A DNA stretch of 63,893 nucleotides, counting the filler, from Octopus bimaculoides (taxonomy: Eukaryota): assembly GCF_001194135.2 (NCBI RefSeq). It is 5 parts of 4 records of this genome, joined end to end, with 100 filler letters (N's around TTAATTAATTAA, not from the genome) between each part and the next. Parts side by side here need not be neighbours in the genome. Positions count along the whole stretch, not along the records: positions 1 to 10,840 come from NC_068983.1; 4 more parts are not named here. One strand, written 5' to 3'. Numbering within the stretch: position 1 is the first letter of the stretch; the number at the start of each line of letters is the position of its first letter. This document shows, one piece after another, positions 1 through 9,345 of this stretch. The translations under genes and the position numbers were made by a program. The notes under the pieces are model-generated. The model had not been told where the DNA came from. It saw only the letters and a program-made list of their open reading frames with translations, and did no database searches.

Positions 1-41
<41 letters not shown>

Positions 42-254
42 CTGACAGACACACACACACACACACATACACACATCAGAATAAAACATATACCATCTCC
101 AAAGTCTGTCCAAGACATTTTTTTATTTACCGAACAATTCATCCATTCATTTTATTTGTGAATAGCGACTTTGAATATTGGCAAGATGCGCTTGTAATAA
201 GTCTGTGAAAAACATGTATAACAATAAATTGATTATTTTAAGTGTTGTACTTAC

Positions 255-368
255 AGACGTTACAGTAACGTCCAATATAACCAGGTCGGCATTTACACGA
301 GAATAGATGTCCCCTCCTACGACATACACCACCGTTCTTACAAGGACTACGGAGGCATGGATTAATCA
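255..368 (-). CDS. EGF-repeat secreted protein, exon 4: EGF-like domain 2 (INPCLRSPCKNGGVCRRRGHLFSCKCRPGYIGRYCNV); gene continues beyond the left edge
   Basis: Six-Cys EGF pattern. 114-nt phase 1-1 exon, acceptor tttttgttatgcag, donor gtaagt. Its EGF reading frame is not in the ORF track. Confidence 0.92.
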
Positions 369-1108
369 CTGCATAACAAAAAGCCATATTTTCCGGTTAT
401 TTTATATTTGTAATGGAGTTTTGATGATAAAAAACACACGCTGGCACTCAGATATACACATCTTTACATACTCAACACACATAATATATATATTTTTTTC
501 GCTTTATTGTATATTTGTTTCTTTTTGTATTTGCTCTCTGTTATTGATTTTCTATAAGATTGAAACCCAAGAAGTAAACATGCAGTAATAAGTTGTGCGG
601 AACAGAGTTTATTTTAGCGAGATACGCCTTATAACACCACATACAGAACTGACACGCACGTACCCCACAGAGTTAGCATATAAACAGCTTTCCAAACGCA
701 ACGAAAAACGTTTATACCAGGGATCATGTATGTATGGGAGTATTTCTATATACATATATGTATGTATGTATGTATGTGTGGGGGAATATATATATATATG
801 TGTCTGTCCCCCTCACATATGGTAACAGTGACTGTTAACTATTTTGGTATGCATGTGCAGCCATCTGTGTATGTGCATCTGAGCACACATGTATGTACTC
901 ATGTGTTTGTTTTTGTATTCATGTATATCTGTATATGGTAATGTATACATGCATATGCATGTATATATGAGTTTTTATGACTCTTTATATGTTTTTTCAT
1001 ATACTTTTTCTATATTTTTATATGCCTTATATTTTTATATTTTTTTATTTTTTATCTTTATTTTATATTTGTATGTAAATTTTGCAAACTTCATGAATTG
1101 AATTTTGT

Positions 1109-1244
1109 AAATCTCTGAAGAGGGCTAGTGAAGCATGCATGTACCTCCATTACATCATTTGCACCTACTAATTACTCCAGCGTACTGGAGTTATATAGAT
1201 AGAATGGGGCATGCCATGACTAGGCCGAAACAGCTGTAAGATTT
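1109..1244 (+). ncRNA. Type I hammerhead ribozyme motif with extended stem II (probably in a Penelope-like pLTR remnant)
   Basis: Stem I is AAATCT(1109-14)/AGATTT(1239-44). Core CTGAAGA at 1115-21. Stem II GGGCTAGT/ACTAGGCC has one G-G mismatch and is extended by GCATGC/GCATGC and an ACTCCAG/CTGGAGT hairpin. GAAA at 1227-30. Stem III is AC/GT with a palindromic AGCT loop. Cleavage triplet GUA (after 1238). AATAAA lies downstream near 1355. Confidence 0.8.
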
Positions 1245-1587
1245 TGTCCCTTCTCCAATTGCTAGATGTCCATTAAATTTGAAATCTTAATTGTTGATAT
1301 GACATGGTATGTCATAAGTGTCTGTATATTGTCATTTTTGTCATTTTGGCTATAAAATAAACAGATTAATCAACTGAATGTAGTGTCTGCAAGTTGATGA
1401 GTACCTCATATTCCCCTCCATTTTCTTATTGCTATATAAATTTAAGGTAAAACCCCCATTTCGCCCGCACCCACTTATTTCACTTGGTATAACACTAGTG
1501 TAACAATAATTGTGTACCCTCCCAGCAGTATATTGGATATATATTATCCCTTAGAGAGTTGGATCCTCAACTCCTAACTCTCTTGGA

Positions 1588-1625
<38 letters not shown>

Positions 1626-1734
1626 ACTATCAATATTTATATATATATGTATATATATATGTTTGTATTATGTATGTATGTATGTATGCATGTATATGTA
1701 TATGTATATATGTATATATGTATATATACAAGCA

Positions 1735-1798
<64 letters not shown>

Positions 1799-1811
1799 CA
1801 TACATACATGC

Positions 1812-1909
<98 letters not shown>

Positions 1910-2083
1910 GTTAAAATGGCACACGATCATTCTCCAAAACTTGCGCAAGACATGTTCATTTACCATGTCTTTCATCCATCCACCTAAGTATTCCTTATCC
2001 CTAATTGGATCTTACTATGTTATCTTTGCAGCAAATCAATGATAAATATATAAAGAGGATTTGTTTTGTAATGTTATACTTAC

Positions 2084-2209
2084 CAATTTGACACTGACGC
2101 CCAGTGTAACCAGGCCGGCATTTACATGCGAACACACGTCCTCTCCTGAAACATTGGCCACCGTTCTTACAAGGATTCCAGACGCATAGATTGAATACCG
2201 GGAAACTCT
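2084..2209 (-). CDS. EGF-repeat secreted protein, exon 3: EGF-like domain 1 (SFPVFNLCVWNPCKNGGQCFRRGRVFACKCRPGYTGRQCQI)
   Basis: Six-Cys EGF spacing with NPCxNGG and CxCxPGYxG motifs. 126-nt phase 1-1 exon, acceptor tttatacag, donor gtaagt. Confidence 0.93.
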
Positions 2210-2911
2210 CTGTATAAAGAATATAAAGGCATATTTTGCTGGGGTAATTTATATGCATTTACAAAGGAATATGTCTCCCATAACTTAGCGGTTCGGCAAG
2301 AGAGACCGACAGAATAAGTACTGGGCTTAAATAAGTAAAAGCCTAAGGATCGATTTCTTCGACTAAAACCCTTTAAGTCGGTGCTCCAGCATGGCCGCAG
2401 TCAAATGAGTGATTCAGGTAAAAAAAAAAAAACTAGCTGCAAGCATGGCTGTATGGTTAAGAACCTCCCTTTCCAACAACGTGGTTTTGAGTTCAGTCCC
2501 ACTGCGCGGCAACTTGAGAAAGTGTCTTCTACTTATAGCTCCGGGTCGATCAATGTGCCGTGAGTGAATTCAGTAGACGGAAATTGTGCGGAAGCCCGTC
2601 GAGCAGAAGTGGCTATGTGGTAAGAAGCTTCCTTCCCAGCCAAATAGTTCATGGTTGAGTCCCACTGCGTGACACTTTGGGCGAGTGTCTTCTACTATAG
2701 CCATGGGCCGACCAAAGCTTTGTGAGTGGATTTGGTACACGGAAACTGAAAAGAATCTCGTCGTCTAGCGGTTCGTCAAAAGAGGCCGATAGAATAAGTA
2801 CTAGGCTTACAAAGAATATGTCTTTAGGTCGATTTGTTCGACTAAAGGCGGTGCTCCAGCATGGCCGCAGTCAAAGGACTGAAACAAGTAAAGGGATAAA
2901 ACAATAAAATA

Positions 2912-2960
<49 letters not shown>

Positions 2961-3254
2961 ATTGTGTCTATGTTTGTCACAAACACACGCTAGCGTTTGA
3001 CAACCGGTCACGGTTTGGTTTTTGTTTCCGACTGAAACACTTCAAGACGGTGCCCCAGCATGGCCGCAGTCCAATTACTGAAACAACTAAAAGATTATAT
3101 AAACAAACAATGATTTGCGTAGTAATTCGATTCGTGGAATATTTTAAATTCAGAAAGTCTGCAGATCCCTCAATGTTTCTATTAAAGTCTTGGAGTAATG
3201 TGATTTATATCAAGTTAAAATTGTGTATAGTTTACATTAGATCTAATAACTTAC

Positions 3255-3293
3255 GTTTAGTTCCGCTTGTGCGCGTGAGTACCACGGCAATCA
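3255..3293 (-). CDS. EGF-repeat secreted protein, coding exon 2 (second half of signal peptide (V)IAVVLTRTSGTK)
   Basis: Strong acceptor ttttctcccttcctttcgtattaaatttcag, 39-nt phase 1-1 exon, donor gtaagt. Joined to exon 1 it completes a typical signal peptide with predicted cleavage after T-S-G. Confidence 0.8.
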
Positions 3294-3413
3294 CTGAAAT
3301 TTAATACGAAAGGAAGGGAGAAAATTAATTGTTTAATTAATAATAATAATAATAACGCCCACAACAATAATAATAATAATAATAGAAATAATAATAACAA
3401 CAACAATAATAAT

Positions 3414-3795
3414 AACCAGCAGATGACAACGTTTCTCTAAAATAAATGGAGAAACTTTCAAAATACAAAGATCTGGAAATAGTGGTAACTCGAATGTGGA
3501 ATCTAAAAACTGAAACAATTACTATCATAGTGGGTGCATTAGTTTAATGAAAAAAAATATTCAGACAAATACATAACAAAAACACCAGGACTTACAAATA
3601 TATATAGCATACAGAAAATTGCACTACTGGGCACTGCACACATCCTACGCAAAATACTTTCAATACAGTAACCATAAGAGCGTCACAGTAAACCACATCA
3701 CATACCCCAGGCACAAAGAGCTGCGCTCGGTAGTGAAGTGAAAGCACGCTATAAAAATAAAACTACTGAATAATAATAATAATAATAATAATAAT
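3414..3795 (+). mobile_element. 5'-truncated R4/Dong-like non-LTR retrotransposon 3' end (restriction-like endonuclease tail) embedded in (TAA)n
   Basis: Reads PADDNVSLK*MEKLSKYKDLEIVVTRMWNLKTETITIIVGAL..(frameshift)..IQKIALLGTAHILRKILSIQ* (stop 3669-3671), then a ~100-bp 3'UTR and a (TAA)n tail. (TAA/CAA)n also lies directly upstream. Confidence 0.8.
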
Positions 3796-4595
3796 GATTT
3801 CAAATTTTGGCACAAGGCCAGCAATTTCGGGGGAGGGGATGAGTCAAATATATCAAACCCAGTACTCAATAATAATAATAATAATAATAATCCTTTCTAT
3901 TAGAACTCATAACGTAAAGACTCTTTTCATCTCTAAGCATAAGGCCCGAAATTTTGGGGTCAGGGAGCCACTCGATTAGATCGACCTCAGTACGCAACTG
4001 GTACTTAATTTATCGAATTTGAACTCAGAACGTAGCGACGGGCGAAATACCGCTAAGCATTCTGCTGACGATTATGCCAGCTCGCTGCCTTACATAATAA
4101 TAATAATGATGATCATGATCATGATGATTTCAAATTGTTGCAACAAGAGCAGCTTGGGGGAGGGAATTAAGTCGATTACATTGACCCCGGTGCGTAACTG
4201 GTACTTATTTAATCTACCCCAAAAAAACTAAAGGTTAAGTCGACCTCGGCGGAATTTGATGTCAGAACGTAGCGAAATATAAACACATAAAACATCTAAG
4301 GGTATATTTTTTTCCCTCTGAAGATATTATGCTCAGGTCATATAAATTTAATATTTACTTAATATTTACCGAGTATTAATTGAAACAGCTGTAAGGGATG
4401 ATGGTTAATTTGCTGTTAATAATAAACAATTATTAACTTCCCAATCTCCATTTTCTTTTTCTTCTTTCACACACGCACATATATATATATATATAACTGG
4501 TCTATACGTGTTCCGATAAAATAGTCTGGACAGGCAGTCTGTCGGAGAAATGAGCCCCGCGAGGTGAAGTGGCTACTGCAGCGAGTGTTGCTGGC

Positions 4596-4676
4596 CAATC
4601 TCTGCGGCAACGCCATAACGGTCAATCTCTGCGGCAACGCCATAACGGTCAATCTCTGCGAAAGCGCCATAACGGT
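4596..4676. repeat. 27-bp tandem repeat x3 (CAATCTCTGCGGCAACGCCATAACGGT) in a CpG-rich island
   Basis: Units at 4596-4622 and 4623-4649 are identical; 4650-4676 has 3 mismatches. Confidence 0.95.
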
Positions 4677-5060
4677 CAGTACCGCGAGTTGCGGTTGAGC
4701 ATCCCACGTATTCTGGGATATGAAGCCCATCTTCCCCTCCATTTTCCGCTGTTGTATCCTACACACACACACACACACACACGCACACACACACACACAC
4801 ACGTTTTTCTCTTTTCATTTTGTTTCTTTTCTTTTCTCACCACTCTTCATTCCTGGTTGTGTCTGTGTAAATCTTTCAAAATCAACACTTCGAATAGACA
4901 ATACATAGTCTAACTGTAAGTTAATAGTTAAGAGTAAAAAGGAAAAAAAAGGAGTAGAAGGCGACGTTGAGGAAGCTGTAATGTAATGCAAACAGAAACC
5001 AAGGGTTTAGAGAGTAATTTGTTTCTCCCCTTTTTAAGAAAGAACTCATATCAGACTTAC

Positions 5061-5091
5061 CAATTAGGGTTAGAAAACACAAAGTTTTCAT
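5061..5091 (-). CDS. EGF-repeat secreted protein, coding exon 1 (start; first half of signal peptide MKTLCFLTLI)
   Basis: Minus strand reads ATCATGAAAACTTTGTGTTTTCTAACCCTAATTG|gtaagt, with A at -3 and an upstream in-frame TGA. The phase-1 donor GTAAGT is a perfect consensus. A possible acceptor at 5131-5132 would make the exon 5061-5130. Confidence 0.75.
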
Positions 5092-6298
5092 GATTATGCT
5101 GAGACAATGATGTTCAGCTAATCACCAAAACTATACATGCAATACAAAGGATACGACGATGGCATATATATATGAAAGATAGATCGGTTAATACATATGT
5201 AAATATATGTGTGTATACACACACATATACACACACATACATACATATATGCATATATGTATATATACGTATATATATATGTATATGTATACATATATAT
5301 GTATATGTATGTATATATAAATGTATATATATATATACACACGCACACACACTCATACACACACAAGCACTCGCACTCACCCATATGTACATGGACTGCC
5401 GTATTTTGTACACGCGGTTTCATTGGATAATTTTAATGGGAAATTTTCGTTGACCACGTGGTACGAAAAATGTGGGAGCAAAATCACCAGAACAACCACA
5501 TTATTAACAACAATAACAAACACAAATACAACAGCAATTCATGAAAGTAACATCAATAAACATATTAACATAACATCCTTTTGTTGACTAAATATTAACA
5601 TAATCAATTGATTGCTGGTTAACTTAATCTGCTTAATCTCCAGGTTTAAATGCAATATATTGTTTATTCCAATGTTCAGCTGGTTGTATAGAGAGAGAGA
5701 TGTATTCTGTAAATACATGGAGGATTATGTCCTTATCATGTATCTAATATTGGTTTCAAATTTTGGCACAACACCAGCAAGCTCGGGGGAAGGAGTAAGT
5801 CGATTACATCGACCCAATTGCTCAACTGGTACTTAGTTTAACGACCCCGAAAAAAATTAAAGGCAAAGTCAACTTGGTTTGAATTTGAACTTATGACGTA
5901 AAGACGGACGAAATGCCGCGAAGCATTTTGCCCGATGTGCTCCCGATTCTGCCAGCTCGCCGCCTAATCGACTATCTAATATTTCCATAACATTTTTTCA
6001 TTCTTTTATCTTTTACTACTTTCAGTCATTAGACTGCGGCCATACCGGAGCATTACCTTCAAGAATTTCTTTTAGTCAAATGACTCGACCCTATTATTTT
6101 TCTGAAGACTGGTATTCATTCTACCGGTCTCTTTTGCCAAACCGCTAGGTTTGAGTGAACACATAGAAAGATGTGCGGGTAATCTCCAACCAAACTTCAT
6201 GGTTTTCCCCATCTACCAGTGCAAGTAAACAATTTCTGCACAAGAACGATTAAATAAAGGAAATATATTTATCGAAAAATACAAAACACGCCAGAATA

Positions 6299-6735
6299 TT
6301 TACATTATTTCCATTTGACGGATATTCGTCCTAAGCTTGTTTCTTGTTAACACAACGTTTCCGCTGATATACCCTCCAGCCTTCATCAGGTGTCTTGGGA
6401 AAATTTCATCAGGTGTCTTGGGGAAACGATGTTTTAACAACAAACAAGATGAGAACAAATATCCGTCAAATGTAAATAATGTAAATAATGTACATAATTC
6501 CTCATCTCTTAAATATAGAACTGTATTATCTAATCGGTACGGAGCCGACATTAGACTTCAATGGAGACATATAGAGAAACTCCAACAAAAACTAATGAGA
6601 ACCCAGGTTCGAAATTTCCCCAAGACACCTGATGAAGGCTGGATGGTATATCAGCCGAAATGTTGTGTTAACAACAAACAAGTTGATGACAAATATCCGT
6701 CAAATGTAAATAATGTAAATAATGTAAATCGACCT
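6299..6735. mobile_element. Penelope-like (PLE) pLTR-derived repeat cluster: inverted copy, forward tail, ORF-start remnant, forward copy
   Basis: Minus copy 6299-6424, plus tail 6425-6524, RYGADIRLQWRHIEKLQQKL fragment 6525-6595, plus copy 6596-6730. The unit carries an HHR core. Confidence 0.75.
6625..6668 (+). ncRNA. Minimal hammerhead ribozyme motif (best-preserved copy of the family)
   Basis: ACAC-CTGATGA-A-GGCTG(gatggtatat)CAGCC-GAAA-TG-T-T-GTGT: stem I ACAC/GTGT, stem II GGCTG/CAGCC, vestigial stem III (A(C/T)GT). Confidence 0.65.
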
Positions 6736-7754
6736 CAGTTCTTATTTTTTAAGCTTGGTCCTTATTCTAGTGGCCACTTTTGCCGAACCGTTAAAGGGAC
6801 GCAATCAAGTTAAAGGGATGTAATAAAACCAACACCGACTGTCAAGTGTGAAGACACAAGGATTTCTGAAAGTTTTTTTTATAGCTCCCAGACTAAATTT
6901 ATTCTGGAAGTTGATTCTAATTACATCTAATTCTCTATAAAATGCAAACAGACAGTATTACCTGACTGGTAGACAACTGGGAAATAACAACGTTCCACAT
7001 CTTAGTGGCCCAGTCTTCATCATCATTTGACGCTGAAGTGCAGCTCTGTCTCAAAGACAATTTGTGGGAAGATACGCTTTATAAAAGGCGCTCACATCTG
7101 TTCACCGTCTCGAATATCTGCAGATGTCGCAGCCTGAGTGCATGCCTAAGCATCATCAGCTAAGTTATATCAAACTCTGACACAAAGCAAAAGTTGATGA
7201 AAGATGGACAGCCGAATCAGTGGTTCACGTCTTTTCCACAAGTAAAAACGAAGCGTCAAACAACTCAGGTGAAACTTCTAGAAAGCCACGATGGTCACGT
7301 AATAACAAATGATGGAAGTGAGACGTGCATTCACCACTTCTTCTAAGATGGAATTATCTTCTATCATGGGTAGCTTTCTCACAGCCAATTTTTAGGTGAG
7401 ACCGTCTTAATTTTTATCACTTGGAAGTCTGGCCCAAACCAATCCTAGACAATTGGCCCAAACCAATCCTGAGTGTAGCGAACGTTTCTTTCCAAGTACC
7501 GAACAGCAAGCCAACTATCTTGTCCCAGTTAACGTAAAGATGCCACTAACCTTATTTCTAAAGAACGAGTTATGTATTTTATGCATTTCTAAAAGGTACA
7601 TCAAAAGTCGCTAATCTGTTAATTTCTTCTAAGATCCCTTGTGACGAAGAAAACTTTCTTTCTGGGCCCTCTAAGATTTATATTATAGTTCTTACTAGAA
7701 GTCTCTTGGTACACCACTACTATGGTTTAATTGTCAGCCACTAGCTGAAATAGC

Positions 7755-8015
7755 TGATTTTATTTATTTATGCGCCCTTTTTCAAGCCTAGCCAGGCTCA
7801 TGGGCCTGGTTTCCCGGTTTCTATGGCGTATGTGTTCCCCCCACCTGGACGGGACGCCAGTCCATCGCAGCGTTACTCAAGAAACAGGAAGAAAGAGTGA
7901 GAGAAAGTTGGGGTGAAAGAGTACAACAGGGATCGCTACCACCCCCTGTCGGAACCTCGTGAAGCTTTAAGTGTTTTCGCTCAATAAATACACACAATGC
8001 CCGGTCTGGGCGTTG
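7755..8015 (-). mobile_element. Old SINE fragment with L2/CR1-type tail motif
   Basis: CCTGGACGGGACGCCAGTCCATCGCAG resembles tails of L2-mobilised SINEs (recalled family knowledge). Single copy here. Confidence 0.4.
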
Positions 8016-8673
8016 GCATTTTGGGAAAGTGTCTTCTACTATAGCTTCGGGCCAACCAAAGCTTTGTGAGTGGATTTGGTAGACGGAAACTGAAAGAAAC
8101 CTGTCGTATATANNNNNNNNNNNNNNNNNNNNNNNNNNNNNNNNNNNNNNNNNNNNNNNNNNNNNNNNNNNNNNNNNNNNNNNNNNNNNNNNNNNNNNNN
8201 NNNNNNNNNNNNNNNNNNNNNNNNNNNNNNNNNNNNNNNNNNNNNNNNNNNNNNNNNNNNNNNNNNNNNNNNNNNNNNNNNNNNNNNNNNNNNNNNNNNN
8301 NNNNNNNNNNNNNNNNNNNNNNNNNNNNNNNNNNNNNNNNNNNNNNNNNNNNNNNNNNNNNNNNNNNNNNNNNNNNNNNNNNNNNNNNNNNNNNNNNNNN
8401 NNNNNNNNNNNNNNNNNNNNNNNNNNNNNNNNNNNNNNNNNNNNNNNNNNNNNNNNNNNNNNNNNNNNNNNNNNNNNNNNNNNNNNNNNNNNNNNNNNNN
8501 NNNNNNNNNNNNNNNNNNNNNNNNNNNNNNNNNNNNNNNNNNNNNNNNNNNNNNNNNNNNNNNNNNNNNNNNNNNNNNNNNNNNNNNNNNNNNNNNNNNN
8601 NNNNNNNNNNNNNNNNNNNNNNNNNNNNNNNNNNNNNNNNNNNNNNNNNNNNNNNNNNNNNNNNNNNNNNNNC

Positions 8674-9345
8674 AGAATCGTTAGCACGCCGGGCGAAATG
8701 CTTAGCGGTATTTCGTCTGCCGTTACGTTCTGAGTTCAAATTCCGCCGAGGTCGACTTTGCCTTTCATCTTTTCGGGGGTCGATAAATTAAGTACCAGTT
8801 ACGCACTGCGGTCGGTGTAATCGACTTAATCCCTTTGTCTGTCCTTGTTTGTCCCCTCTATGTTTACCCCCTTGTGGGCAATAAAGAAATAAGAATCGTT
8901 AGCACGCCGGGCGAAATGCTTAGCGGTATTTCATCTGCCGTTACGTTCTGAGTTCAAATTCCGCTGAGGTCGACTTTGCCTTTCATCCTTTCGAGGTCGA
9001 TTAAATAAGTTCCAGTTACGCAATAGGGTCGGTGTAATCGACTTAATCCGTTTGTCTGTCCTTGTTTGTCTTCTCTATGTTTAGATCCCTGTGGGCAATA
9101 AAGAAATAAATATTTTATTATTCTTCAGGCGGTGAGATGGCAGAATCGTTAGTGCGCTGGACAAAATTCTTAGTGACATTTCATCGTCTTTGCGTTTTGG
9201 GTTCAAATTCCGCCAAGGTCGATTCTGCCTTTCGTTCTTTCGGGGTCGATAAATTAAGTACCAATGGAGTACTTGGGTCGATGTAATCGACTGGCCCCCA
9301 CCACCACCACAAAATTTTCAAGCCTTGTGTCTTCAGTAGAAAGGA
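8674..9345 (+). mobile_element. SINE family A (tRNA-like head), three adjacent copies (8674-8892, 8893-9109, 9128-9345)
   Basis: A-box-like TGGCAGAATCGTTAG, B-box-like GAGTTCAAATT, body GCCTTTCATCCTTTCGGGGTCGATAAATTAAGTACCAG. More than 20 further copies are scattered (e.g. 3895-4095-, 5750-5965-, 19510-19740-, 27880-28085+, 30290-30495-, 35825-36060-, 42430-42880-, 43730-43940+, 55210-55640+). Confidence 0.85.
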
